From Azolla caroliniana (lineage: Eukaryota; Plantae; Polypodiophyta): a DNA stretch of 64,000 nucleotides. Shown here piece by piece: positions 14,068 to 26,592 of the stretch; the stretch's first letter is position 1; the number at the start of each line of letters is the position of its first letter. Below the pieces are notes generated by a model. That model saw only the letters and a program-made list of their open reading frames with translations, did not search any database and had not been told where the DNA came from. The position numbers and the translations under genes are program-made. The stretch lies in NCBI GenBank assembly GCA_043228905.1, contig JBHGNT010000001.1, positions 8,060,001-8,124,000 of the forward strand. The letters are read 5' to 3'.

Positions 14068-16041
14068 ATGGAAGGAGATCTGAAGGCTGTGGTCATCATC
14101 AAATTACCTTCCCCAGACAACCCTTCGGAAGGCAAAGTCATCACAGGTGCCATTGCATTGAAAGAAAGTTACACTGCCCAAAACCCTAACCCTAACCCTA
14201 CCCCGATGTCTGATGAAGACCAAGCTGAGGGAGGTAACGTGCTTCCTTTGCATAGCGCTGAAGTTAACAATTCCATACCCGAGTCTGGAGAGGCAAGGAG
14301 AAGAATTCGGATTAGAGGAGGAAAAAAAAATCCGTCTTTTAGATTGAAGAGAGTTGCGTCAGTGTGTTTTGCGGCATTAGTGGTTTACTTCTTTTGGAAA
14401 TATGCTCCATCAACGCTTGAGCTGGAAGAAGGAGAACTCCAAGATAGCGATGATGATGATAGAAGTGAAGATGAGAATAATATGTTTTTCCCTATCCAAT
14501 CAAAGAAAGTTTTCATGCATTCGGACTCTGATTCAAATTTCTTTCCAAAGGATTTAAATTCTTCGAGTACATCTTCACCGAATTCAAATTCTTCTACTAC
14601 TCTTGTTAGCCGAGATAAGATCCGGAACACGAGAGCAGGTGCAGAAATGAGCACATTCGCCTCTTCCACGCCAGATGCCTCAGCTACTTCTACAACCATA
14701 TTTCCTCTTCGTGGAAATGTGTATCCTTCTGGGTAAGAAATGTGCCATGATTCTCATGAAGTATATCCTTTAACTATATGTGTTGATAGTTATGCATTAG
14801 AATCTAGGTACCAAACTAATAAGAATGCCCTTTATCACGTGCACAATGTTAAGACCGTAGGGTTTTTACTTTGGAAGTTCCAAAATTTTAAGACATGAAA
14901 CGATGGAAAACTTGGGCACATCATTTATAAGTACATTTTGTCATTAAAAAATAACATGGAGGTTAGAAGAAAGATAAAGAATCCTAGAATAGTGTAATAT
15001 CATCATGAATATGACAGTCAGATGATATTTTTCAGGACTCATTAATTCTGAGGTTCATGAATGTGGAGGATCGAATGAGATATATGTACACATACATGCA
15101 TATATAGATGCAAATAGATATCCGCAGATACATCCATACATGCTCTCATAGTATTGTGTTAAGTTATAGTGCTTGTCTATTTAATTTAATTTTCTCGCCT
15201 GAAAAACGTGCAAAATTTGCAGACTATACTTTGTTTCGATAAGGTTTGGTAATCCTTCACAAGAATATTTTCTAGACATGGACACTGGAAGTGATCTCAC
15301 ATGGCTTCAATGTGATGCTCCATGTACTCGTTGTGCAAAGGTGTGTAATTTCAGTCTCATTCTAACAAGGTGGTTTCACGTTCCCCAAAATTGAATTCGT
15401 GCCTTTCTTTTCTCATGTATGGAGTGTATATATGCTTGTGTAGTTTATAGAATCATATTATGGAAGTTTTGGTAGACTTAGACTTTTCTTTACAAATATT
15501 CAATGTTGGTGCCCATCTTTTTTGAGTTTTACTTTTGCTATCTAAAACATGTGTACATGAAATGGATTCCCACAAAAGATATCTGGCTAAACAAAACTAA
15601 TATCAGTGTTGTTTGTTTTCCTTATTGAAGGGGCCTCATCCTTTGTTCAAACCAAGCCAGTCTAACCTTGTGGATTGTAGTGAAGAAAGTTGTTCGAGTG
15701 TCCAAGTTGGAAGTAAATATGATTGTAAAAAAGGATCGGGACAATGCGATTATGACATTCAGTATGTGGATGGAGGATATTCTATGGGTGTTCTTATCCG
15801 GAACCGAGTGGCACTGATACTAAGCAATCACACTTTGGGCCACACAAAAGCTATTATTGGGTAATTTTCTTTTTTGAAAATCTATTTTTCTCAGTCAATA
15901 AAACAATATTAATTTTTTTGGTGTTCATGGCCGTATGTAATGGTAATTAAATTTTATGCGCCTGGCACTATATTACACATGGTCATTGCGTAGATTGTTT
16001 TACTTTGGTGTCACATGACCTCGTAAGGTTTTATTTGTATC

Positions 16042-16100
<59 letters not shown>

Positions 16101-17436
16101 TGGATGTAGCTCAGTTGGTAAGGTTGCCCAATGGAGACCAGGAGGTCATGGGTTCAACCCCTACATTCCACAGTGAATTAAGAGATATGTATGAAGTATA
16201 TAATAGAGAGGTGAGAAAATTGGGTTTCGAACCCAAGATGTAGTGCTTGTAGTGTAACAACTTACCAATAGGGTAAGCTAATTACGATTAAAAAGAGAGA
16301 GAGAGAGATTATTGGACAGGTGTGGTTATAATCAGCAAGGGTCTCTAGCCAATTCTCCATCCCCTACAGATGGCGTCTTGGGTCTCAGTTCTTCATCAAT
16401 CTCACTCCCATCTCAGTTGTCACAACAGGGCCTCGTCAAGAACATCATCTCACATTGTCTTATTCCTGGGAATGATGCTAGAAGTGGTTACTTGTTGTTG
16501 GGTGATAAACTTCTCCCCGCTCGTGGCATCACTTGGGCATCATTCATAAGCAAGCCATCGATGTAATACATACTGCTATACATTGAAGATGATTATGTAA
16601 ATGATATATACTTTTTTTATTTGCACATGCATGGATGGCTTAGTCATTCTCTTGTTTTGTGTGTTATGAGTGATGCAGGAAGAGTTATGCATTATCGATG
16701 ACAAATGTATTTTATGGTGATGCCCGTGTACACATGGATTCCAATGTGATCCGAACTGTAATTTTTGACAGTGGGACATCGTACTCATATCTAGTCTCTT
16801 CATTGTATACTGCCATTGTTGCAACTGTGAGTTAAATCATATAATATGTGTATGTATATTTAAAATAGACATATGAGTATGTGTATATCTGTAGATAAGC
16901 ACATTTTTTCTTTATTTATCTTCCTTTCTAGCTACGATATTGGCCTATATTTTTTCATTTGGTTTCTTTGGGTGACAATTGTGATGATTGGATTTTTTAT
17001 GCGTCTCATTTAGATCCAACAAAGCCTTGTTAACACTGATCTTCGACTAGACACATCGGATCACACTTTACCTCTTTGCTGGCGACGCAATGCCCCCATT
17101 ATGTATGAGAAATCATGCATTTATTTCTTCTTATATTCCATCTATCTTGGGTGTCAAGTAACAACTGATTTCCCCTTATGATGGGAGTGAAGATGCAATA
17201 TTTAACAAACCGAATACACATTTATTAATAGGCTATAATTTTTATGTTTTTGTAATTCAGGTCGCTGAAAGATATCCAACATGTTTTTAAACCAATCATC
17301 CTGGAATTCCAAGGTAGTAAAAATGTATTGTTTGCCAAGACGAGTCGGATGCAGTTATCTCTCGAAGGATACCTCATAAATAATGTAAGAGTTTAGTAAA
17401 GCATGTCTGAGCAAAACCACATTCTATATATTTTGA

Positions 17437-17468
<32 letters not shown>

Positions 17469-17767
17469 CTGACCTGTAAAAAGTTATAATGTGATTCTTT
17501 TCGAAAATTTATGTCAATAGTCTCTTGGAAATGTCTGCCTCGGACTATTGGATGCAGGGATTATGGGTAAAGATGCTTCAAACATTATTGGAGGTAATGA
17601 TTCTTAGACTCTTAACTTTGCTAATTCTTTAACACACATGCTAATATTCTGTTACATGGACTGTTCTAGATATTTCAATGCAAGGAACCTTAATGGTATA
17701 TGATAATGAGAACCACCGATTGGGTTGGATGAAATCAGATTGCCGTAAGCTCCCCAAAGCTTCCTGA
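14068..17767 (+). CDS. APCB1: A1-family (nucellin/Asp1-type) aspartic protease, APCB1-like; ~595 aa
   Basis: Exons 14068-14732, 15223-15340, 15631-15860, 16320-16562, 16679-16826, 17014-17102, 17261-17384, 17521-17593, 17670-17767 (1788 nt, frame-consistent). Catalytic motifs LDMDTGSDLTWLQCDAPC and IFDSGTSY; also QCDYDIQY, DGVLGL, NVCLG, IIGDISMQG. N-terminal VVIIKLPSPDNPSEGK plus a TM segment resembles APCB1. Confidence 0.9.
16042..16095. repeat. (AT)n(AG)n compound microsatellite in protease intron 3
   Basis: Direct reading. Confidence 0.95.
16100..16172 (+). mobile_element. tRNA-like / tRNA-derived SINE head (pseudo-tRNA)
   Basis: A-box TAGCTCAGTTGG at 16107 and B-box GGTTCAACCC at 16151 with tRNA-like spacing; acceptor, D and anticodon stems are imperfect. 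Confidence 0.6.
16215..16280 (-). mobile_element. Second degenerate tRNA-like head, convergent with the first
   Basis: Minus strand reads TAGCTTACCCTATTGGTAAG ... TTGGGTTCGAAACCCAA: an A-box-like segment and a B-box with a T-stem. Confidence 0.45.
17438..17467. repeat. (CA)n microsatellite
   Basis: Direct reading. Confidence 0.95.
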
Positions 17768-19139
17768 ATGAAATATTTGATGTGATCGATATTTCTACCT
17801 TCTGCATGAATCCAATGGTCGAATTGTTGTTGTATGTATATAAACTAACTGTTACCAATACATTCTAAACCCTAAACCCACATTAAATCTATAGTTTGGT
17901 TTTTTGGTTGTAAGATTACTAAGAAGCTATCTCAAAAGTTTCACAAGTGCAGTTGTCTCATCTCATGTTTTAGTCTCATTGTCAATTATATATGGAACAA
18001 ATTTGAAAGTAATGATGTTCCAAACTAATTCTTAATTTTTATTTTTCAAACCATCTATCATTTTCAAGGTTCAAGTTGTGAGGCTCATGTGAGGTTGTTC
18101 CTTTGAAGCTCTTGTTCTTAGTATAGGCTACAATATCGAGCATACCTTGCCACATGTGGTAGGCAAACATATTATAGTATGAGGAAATTGAAGAGTGGAA
18201 TATCATCTTTTCAAGAAGAAGAATATATTGAAATATGCATGAACATCTTCAACATAGGAGAAGAATAGACGACACTTGCTTATGTAGTTGCCATGTGTCT
18301 GTAGACCATGTGGTGTTGCCATCTATTTAAACAAGTGCACCAAGAACGTATAAGGCATGTGTCAAGTCAAGCATTATGTGTTGTGAATTATGGAGCAAAT
18401 CAAATTTTCTAAAGATTATACAAATGCAAAAAGTTATACTCAACTTTTTCGTCTTCTTGAAATGATAGAGAATCAACCAAAATTCGAGATAGTCGTCAAG
18501 AGATCTTTTTTATTCTCTCTCTGTCTAATTAACCATAGAATCAAACTCATCGAAGATCAAAACATTGAAAGTTGGCAATAACTTAGTCTTTTAATTTCAA
18601 CTACTACTTGTACCTTTGTTTTACTATTTAGAGATTTGCATCTACATGTTGAGGATAATGCTTTGTAAATGTTCTTGGTTCTAAAGGTTATTTTGCCCCT
18701 TGTTTGGATGTTAATTTCTCTCATCTATATTTGTTGCCAAACAAACCAACAATTGAGGAGGCTGCATAGTGATTGTCGTGTTTCAACAAAATCCAAAACT
18801 CTGTGAGATCAAGCATCACTATATCTCCCACCTCTTTGAACCCCAAAGGAAACAAGCCATTAAATGAGAGCGCACTCTCTCCATACCATGCAACATAATA
18901 ATCTTGAAGACATGTGGTGACTTGTTTTGCAAGGAATTACAATGTTGTCTACTAGATGATGGTGCCCATAAAAATAAGGAGTGCGCTTCATGCTATGTGA
19001 CAACCAAGTGTTTGAGCACATAAAGAACACAAAATTTTAACTGGAATACTTCCATTAAGTAATTGCCACCATGATGCCTAAATCATTGTCCTCCCATGTG
19101 TCCCCATTTGTCAAACCCTTATTCTCGATGAAATATTGG

Positions 19140-19630
19140 ACAATAGATATGCATGGGTGTAAGCATGGCCACATGTTTTGTGATACCAAAAATCTATGAG
19201 CCATCGTTAAAGGTTAGATAAATCCAATATTGCAACTCCTCCCAAAGAGTGTAGGGGGTTAGCTAGATGGTTCCACACAATCCACACAATCCTCATGTAA
19301 ATCTCTTTTTCCACAACAATAATAGGAGTTGCAAAATAGAATGCAAAGCCTTCTTGTTCCATGGGATTGGCGACAAAAAATATAAGATCGTGGGTTCCAT
19401 AATACACTCTCCAGCTCGATGGTGTTACATGAAATGGCTAAGATTGTGACTTCTTGTTATGGGAATGACCATACTCTATCCTCGTGTGTAGAACTCGTAA
19501 CCATAATTTATCTCGTGGTAAGTTGTATCGTAAATATATTCCACACGAGGATAAAGTATGGTCATGCCCGTAACACTTCCAACACATGAACTTATCCCCC
19601 AACCTCGGCAGTCATCTATTCAATTCATTG
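19140..19630 (-). mobile_element. Decayed L1-type LINE ORF2 fragment (post-RT region), interrupted by a TIR mini-element
   Basis: Broken minus-strand frames give GDKFMCWK..., IPWNKKAL and WNHLANPLHSLGGVAILDL, resembling the GGLGILDL motif of plant L1 ORF2; contains stops and frameshifts. Confidence 0.5.
19455..19575. mobile_element. 121-bp non-autonomous TIR element (MITE-like) with TGTTA...TAACA ends
   Basis: Left tgttatgggaatgaccatactctatcctcgtgtg matches the reverse complement of right cacacgaggataaagtatggtcatgcccgtaaca (3 mismatches in 34 bp). Flanks cttct / cttcc form a near-perfect 5-bp TSD. Confidence 0.8.
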
Positions 19631-19828
19631 GCACTTCAAAGGTGGGCGCCCCAAACAGATGATGGTGGTGTCGGAGAGGAGGGTTGAGGGAGGGCATATC
19701 TAGGGAAATAATAAAAACATAGAGGGGGGGGGGGGGGGCACCTCGAGAAATAAAGAAAAGAGAAATAAAACAGCTCAAATATAATTAATAAACAAGAGAG
19801 ATGAGAGAGGATATTGTCATAGGATTGT

Positions 19829-19843
19829 GTATAAAACCCTAAT
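19829..19843 (+). promoter_or_regulatory. TATA-like box overlapping a telo-box (TATAAAACCCTAAT), putative NF-YC core promoter
   Basis: gtataaaaccctaat lies upstream of a GA/CA-rich leader and the 5'UTR donor AAG|GTATGT at 20007 (intron ~20007-21909). Confidence 0.5.
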
Positions 19844-21952
19844 CTCACACACAGGAACTCTGTCTGTCTCTCTGTTCTGATCAGTGGGAGCTACCGCAAG
19901 CAAGCCCTGAGACAAAAGGATCGAGGAAACGAGAGATAGAGAGAAGAAAAGAAGAGATTCGGACACACACTCACTCACACTCACACACACAGATTGTCAG
20001 AGAAAGGTATGTTCTCTCTGATCTTGATGCGCTAATTCTTCTTATCACTCTAAACCTTTATCTCTCTAAACCTTTATCTCTGTGTGGAAGATGTAAAACG
20101 TTCTGTTCCTGGTTCGAGATTTAGCTAGGTTTAGAGTTCCGCTTCTCCGTCTGATGGAATTTGGTAGTTTTTCTTTCTAGGTTTGATGTAGCTTCACTAG
20201 GTTTCGTTTTTTTTTTCCCTGATAGAATTTCAATATATCTGGGGTTTCCTCTTAAAAAGTCACTAGCTTTAAGGTTTCCCTGACGATTTTTCTCTAGTTC
20301 CAGTTGTTTTTCTGATGGAATTTCACCGTGTCAAGGGGTTTTAAATGAATATTTGCTATTTCTAGGGTTTCTCTTAGTTATTCTCTCAAGCGCTATGTAG
20401 TTTACTGATAAAATTGCACTATTTCTAGGGTTTTGCGTAGCATTTATCTTTATTTCTAGGTTTTTCGGATGAAAATTTGTTAGGTCTAGAATATTTTTTC
20501 TGATAAAATCTCTTTTTTTAATGGAAATTCTTGATTAGAATATCAAATTTTCCTGCATGATCTTTTTCTCTATGCACATAATACAAAATGTTTTTACCAG
20601 TCTGTCTTCTTGAGATGGATATTTGCATGTAAAGTTTAACTAAGAAAATCGATGGAAGTAGGAATAGGAAGGTCCTTTAATGATTAAAATATAAGATTCT
20701 TCAGGGTATAAAAAAGGATGTGGAAAATTAGAATGCATGTTCTGTTGATGTAGAAGGGAGAATATTGAGCGTTTGTAAGGGAACTAATGTCTGAGCATTA
20801 AATGCAAGGGGAAAAGTATTGTTCAGAATATACATTAGATAGGGAATTCGTAAAATTTTCATCGGAAAGTTATTATTTATGGATATGCTGGGTATCAGAA
20901 AGGGGAAATATATTCAGCATTAGAGGTTGAAATATCAAAGCCTTGTTAGTAACATGTTAGAAAGGGAAATATTGAGGGTCTATAAGTAAAACCATAGAAC
21001 CTCAAATGTTGAGGATTTGGGAGGAAAGAATAATTATTTGAGGATGAAACAGAATAAAATGGGAAACATGGAGGATGAGAAAGGAATGTATGTGTTTGAG
21101 GAGTAGGAGCAGAAATGTTGTTTGAGGTAATAAGCGGTCTTATCTAAGAATTAGCAAACATGTCCTGCATATGCAAGTGCTGATTAGACAGAGATTTGGA
21201 CATTTCTGAATATGTTCACCAGTTCATGAACCTGAGCATAATGAGATCATTATACGCATGCCTAGAAGCAAATCTGTTTCCATCTATTAAAGCAGTAGTT
21301 TGCATTTGTTAGAGGTGCAATGAATTGCTGCAGATGGTTAGGATTTGTCTAGATAGTGATATATACTGCTGAGAGATGATTTAAGGGAAGATGAGAAAAT
21401 AGAAAAAGAAAAAAATATTTGACATGCCAGTATATGCATGATTAGGGGGAAGATATAGGGAAATTTAAGGAAAAATGGATAAATGGATCATGAAATATGT
21501 CACCTTAGAGTGTTACGGATAAGAAATTGAGATCGTGAACTGCCCCAGATTGAGATCATTTTTGGGTGAGTAGAAGATTTAAGGGCGAAGGTCAGAAGAA
21601 ATTGATTGAGAAAAGTGATTAGAACATGTCTGCAAATGCATGTAAAGGCCATGAGCCACATCATCTTAGGGCCTTGAGGATTAGAGGAGTTTGGAATGTT
21701 GGTGTTCGAATGATGGTCATCTGTTCATGTATGTAACAAACATTCTGGCGTGTCTTTTGGGTTTTGTGGTAATGGCGTTGTAATGCTATAATGGTGTGAT
21801 TGTATGGATTTGTTTTTTATTAGAGCGATGGTTGAGTTTTTGGAGATGGACATTGTTGCAGGTGGAATGAACTGCTTGAGATTGAGTGGAAGTGTGTAGA
21901 GTTTGTCAGACAAGTAATAAGTGGAAGATTAGAAAGGAAGAGTTAGAAAAAA

Positions 21953-22759
21953 ATGGAACAACAAAGCTCTCAACAGCAGCAGCAGCAGCAGCAGCAGCAA
22001 GCCATGGCTGTGGCTGGTGGACAGCCACACGTGCAATATGCATATGCAACTGGAGTCCAACCAGGGCAAGCCCCTGCTGGTTATCCTGCTCCACAAATGC
22101 AACCCATGGGATATCAAAGTGTCCACATGCAACAATTACAACACTTTTGGAACACACAAAGGCAAGAGATCGAGCAAGTGAACGACTTTAAGAACCACCA
22201 GCTGCCTTTGGCTCGCATAAAAAAGATTATGAAGGCCGATGAAGATGTGAAGATGATATCGGCTGAGGCGCCTGTCCTCTTTGCTAAAGCATGCGAGATG
22301 TTCACGTTGGAACTAACCTTGAGATCGTGGATGCATGCAGAAGAGAACAAAAGGAGAACATTGCAGAGGAATGATATTGCGGCAGCAATAACTCGGACAG
22401 ATATATTTGACTTTTTGGTTGATATAGTGCCAAGGGATGAGGTGAAGGAAGAAGGAATTTCAGTGGCCAGAGGAGGCCTTCCTTCAGGGGAGGGATTGCC
22501 GTATGCAGGTATGTATTATATGTCGCAGACACCACCGGGAACATTCGGACCTCCTATGACTCAGTTATCTCCAAGTGTTACTGGATCTCCTGCGTATATT
22601 GTTGGTAGGCCCACTATGCCTATGGATCCTTCTATGTATATGGGTCATCATCAGATGGGATATGCCCCCCCTCCTCAGATGTGGTCGGCTGCCGCTCCGG
22701 CCACTGATGATCAAGCTGAAGCTCCTCAAGGCAGTCCCTCGGACAATGTCTCTGGTTAA
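21953..22759 (+). CDS. NF-YC: Nuclear factor Y subunit C (HAP5/CBF-C) histone-fold transcription factor; 268 aa, single coding exon
   Basis: [40 protein letters not shown]...[30 protein letters not shown] is the diagnostic NF-YC domain. N-terminal polyQ is encoded by (CAG)n. Confidence 0.97.
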   Translation: MEQQSSQQQQQQQQQQAMAVAGGQPHVQYAYATGVQPGQAPAGYPAPQMQPMGYQSVHMQQLQHFWNTQRQEIEQVNDFKNHQLPLARIKKIMKADEDVKMISAEAPVLFAKACEMFTLELTLRSWMHAEENKRRTLQRNDIAAAITRTDIFDFLVDIVPRDEVKEEGISVARGGLPSGEGLPYAGMYYMSQTPPGTFGPPMTQLSPSVTGSPAYIVGRPTMPMDPSMYMGHHQMGYAPPPQMWSAAAPATDDQAEAPQGSPSDNVSG

Positions 22760-25370
22760 AAAAGGAAGATGGAAATATTTGATACTCTGCTATTATCGTA
22801 GTGTTCCGAAATCACAAACTTTACTATTGGCGTAGTTGTTTTTATGATATTTGGGATGGGCAGTGCGCTTAAGATCATGCCTTTGCATGACTATGGCATA
22901 TAGCTATATCTGTCCTTTGAATCAAGGTATAACAGTCAGCAGTATCGGTATTGATGACACTGCTTACTTGTATCCCTTTAGTGTCAAACTATTCCGCTGC
23001 AGACTGTCTTGCTTCATGCAAATAGTGAGAATCAACTTCTTAATATTTTAAATGCAAGTAATTTTCAGCTTGTGCGGATTTGCCTTCTTCATTCTTCATT
23101 AGATGGTGTGAGTATGCCTACTCATTCTTCATTAGGTGTGGCGGGTGCATCTTTAGAACTCTGTTATGCATTCTCAACATTCCTTTTAGATGATTCTTGC
23201 ACATGCTCCGTTGTCTGATTGTTTTCCATGACCAAATAAAGATTCAGCTGGTTGAAAACTGTCAAACATGATAATTTTTGTTTATGTTTGAATTGCAGCT
23301 AGATTTCGGTTTTTTCCTTCAGAAATTTTGTAGAAATGATTTGTTTTCCCTTGAATCTTCAAGAATTTGTCGTCCTGTTGTGATTAAAGCTACATTGAAA
23401 TATTATTGTACAAGCTTTTGGTATACAGTGTACAGATTTGTTAAATGGCTACACAGTGATTTCTATAGCTCAGATTGTTTAAAAAATCTATACATTAGGG
23501 AAACAAATATGTAAACAAATATAAATTTAATTTCAGTTTTTGCAAGTAAAATACAAAGACTTGGTAAAATTTTATTTTTATAACATAATGGGCACATGGC
23601 AAGTAGCCAATTAATAAATCTAGTCTTATATCGTTCCTTGGAAATGAAATATAATATTCAGATTTGTAAAAATGTTAATATTTTCTATCCTAAGCATCCC
23701 CCCCTCTTTTTCTTGTTTCATTGCATTTCAGGTTTTTGATTGTCTTGTGTTGATATAATACTTGTTTCCATCACCCTCTGCTCTATCTCCTTCCTTACTC
23801 CCCACTCACAAATACCCCCCCCCCCCCACCCTCTTCTTTCCATTCTTCTCTCCATAGCAGATAACCACTAATGCATCAATCTTAATGGATAGGGTCCCAT
23901 GGAAGTATAGTATATCTGTGTGCATGCTTTGAAAAACATAGCAGTCTCTAATTGCCATTTCTATAGTCTGTCTTTGCGTTATGTTATTGTGCATGCTCTT
24001 GAAAGCAGAATTTCTGAGAGAATATGCCATTGTATTATGTCAACTTAGTATGTTCTACTATACCTTGGATTTGTTTGCATGTTAATAAACCTCAACTCGG
24101 GTAGAAATATCATAAAGTATCTGCTTATAAAGGTTATGCTATCACAAAGAATTGTTGTATTTGCAGCTATCTTTCATGATCATTGTAGTGTTCAGAGTTA
24201 CTATTTCCGTAGTGCATTCCCATGTACTTTATCTAATTCTATGTAGTCAAAGTTCATACTTAATTTGTGGACACTTTCAAACTTCCAGCAGTCTGTAGCT
24301 TTCAAAGATAACAAAATAATAAAGGATCATTGTAATTGCTACTTGCATTGAAAAGAATGAGTATTTTGTATATTTAACCAAGCTATAACTTCCCCATATG
24401 TTGTACACTTCGAAATTCCTGTGCTTAAATGTAATTTGAGGAGACCTTCCCCTCTACTCCTAGCCGATTTTGACAATTATGGAGTCATAAAAGACAACAA
24501 ACACACAAGTTGAAATCTAAAGTCATTCCTAAAGTGGTTATTCAGAGGGTGCTATGATGTACTATGATGTTAATATGTGCAAATAGACTATAGTCAACAT
24601 TGCGTTTTACTAGGCCCTTGAAAGCACATTTTGATTTAAAACAAAAAGTAAACTGTGCCCAACATACATATTCCAATAATAAATACTGATGCACATGTAA
24701 ACATTGACATGAACAATAAACACACTACCATGTTATCTTCTTCTGCAAGTTTTGCAAATTTGAAAAGGGAACTATGAATAGATGATGAACAAGCTCAATC
24801 CTACTTGAATGCAACATTTGGCTTTTTATATCCAAAAAACAGAAACCGAACAAGCTCATACCACGTCAAACTTAGACCGAACATTTGTCTTTGGGGAAAT
24901 AAATAGTTATTCCCAGGGACATTTTTGAATTTGCAGGCAATTTGATTCACTGGTACAATGAAAGAAAGCTTAGAGCTGCTTAGCAAGCTTTTAGATGCAA
25001 TCCAACCGTAAATTTAGACGGAGCTTAGGCAGCATTAAGAAACGGTACATTTCCATGATAAAGGAAAGTGGTTTGCCAATACACAACTTTGCTGCATGTG
25101 GACATGCTGAACACCTGAAAAACTTGATTTCCCAGGCTTTTCCAAAGGTGATGAACCAAGAGAAAGTGTCAGCTGAAGGCACATGTGGAGATGTGGAGTG
25201 ACGAGACAGTTTTGATATCTAATACCTTTTTCTAAGGCCAAAAAACATTGTGTATTGCAGCGTTACAACTTTCATTTGGACAATGTGTATAGGTATTCTT
25301 CTTCGATGAAGCTTCAATTACATGATATGCCTACTTTTTCTCGAGATGCTCCAATATATTTACCACCACG

Positions 25371-26550
25371 CTATTCATCTACCTCTTCCTACAACAAAAG
25401 GGAATTCTATATTACTTCAGAAAACTAATGATTTTCACCAAAAGAAAATAAAGCTTCATCTACATCCATTGGAATTAGATTAACTGAAATTGTCTTAATA
25501 TCTCTTGAGGTTATTTTTTGAACAAATGCATTGCATAAGAGAAGCGTTTTTATCACAAAACCTGTTTGTTTTCAATGCTGTTTATTTGTGTTTTCTCCTC
25601 CTCGTCTCCTTCAGCCTCTTGTTCATTAGACTCAACTTCTTGCTGCATTTCTAACTCTTCTTCCTTTTCGTCTTCCTAGTGATAAACAAATCCAATTATG
25701 TAAGTCTACTGAATCTGACAAACCATTATATTCGCAACAAATTATACCCTTCCCCCCCAATACCTCCTTTTCTCCGATATCTACGGCATCAGCAATTGCC
25801 TCTTCCAACTCTTGGTCCTGCAACATGTATTTAATTTTCACACATGAAAGATGAAATTCAATCCATCTATAAATACATAATCTACACCAGACATTAAAAG
25901 CTTGCAAAATTGTGTAGCTAACTTTTATGGATTCCTAAGATTGACCCATGAATTAAAACAAATGGCATGCATTAAAGGATAACAGCAAAATCAGATGGAC
26001 GACTAAATTCAGATGGAAGACTAAATTTGTATTTCGCACTATCATCCAAGGTTGGCTTGGCCATTGGCATATACACAATAAGGCAGGAGATTAACTCCAA
26101 TGACTAAACTATTAACAAAAAAGAGAAAATATGAAGGATCGTAGGTAGGTGTGTAGAGAACATTGATGAAATTCAATCCATCTATAAATACATAATCTAC
26201 ACCAGACATTAAAAGCTTGCAAAATTGTGTGTAGCTAACTTTTATGGATTCCTAAGATTGACCCATGAATTAAAACAAATGGCATGCATTAAAGGATAAC
26301 AGCAAAATCAGATGGAGGACTAAATTCAGATTGAAGACTAAATTTGTATTTCGCAACTATCATCCAAGGTTGGCTTGGCCATTGGCATACACACAATAAG
26401 GCAGGAGATTAACTCCAATGACTAAACTATTAACAAAAAAGAGAAAATATGAAGGATCGTAGGTAGGTGTGTAGAGAACATTACCACTACTTAAGTGAGA
26501 AATATGTGTGTGTGCATGCGTGCATGTGTGTGTGTGTGCGTGTGCGTGTA

Positions 26551-26592
<42 letters not shown>

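Noticed and set aside
16100-16172. Functional tRNA gene
   Set aside because: Acceptor, D and anticodon stems do not pair properly and there is no downstream T-run terminator; treated as a pseudo-tRNA/SINE head.
24801-25241. Cluster of 60-68-aa ORFs downstream of pTAC12
   Set aside because: No recognisable domain or splice linkage; likely 3'UTR or intergenic sequence.
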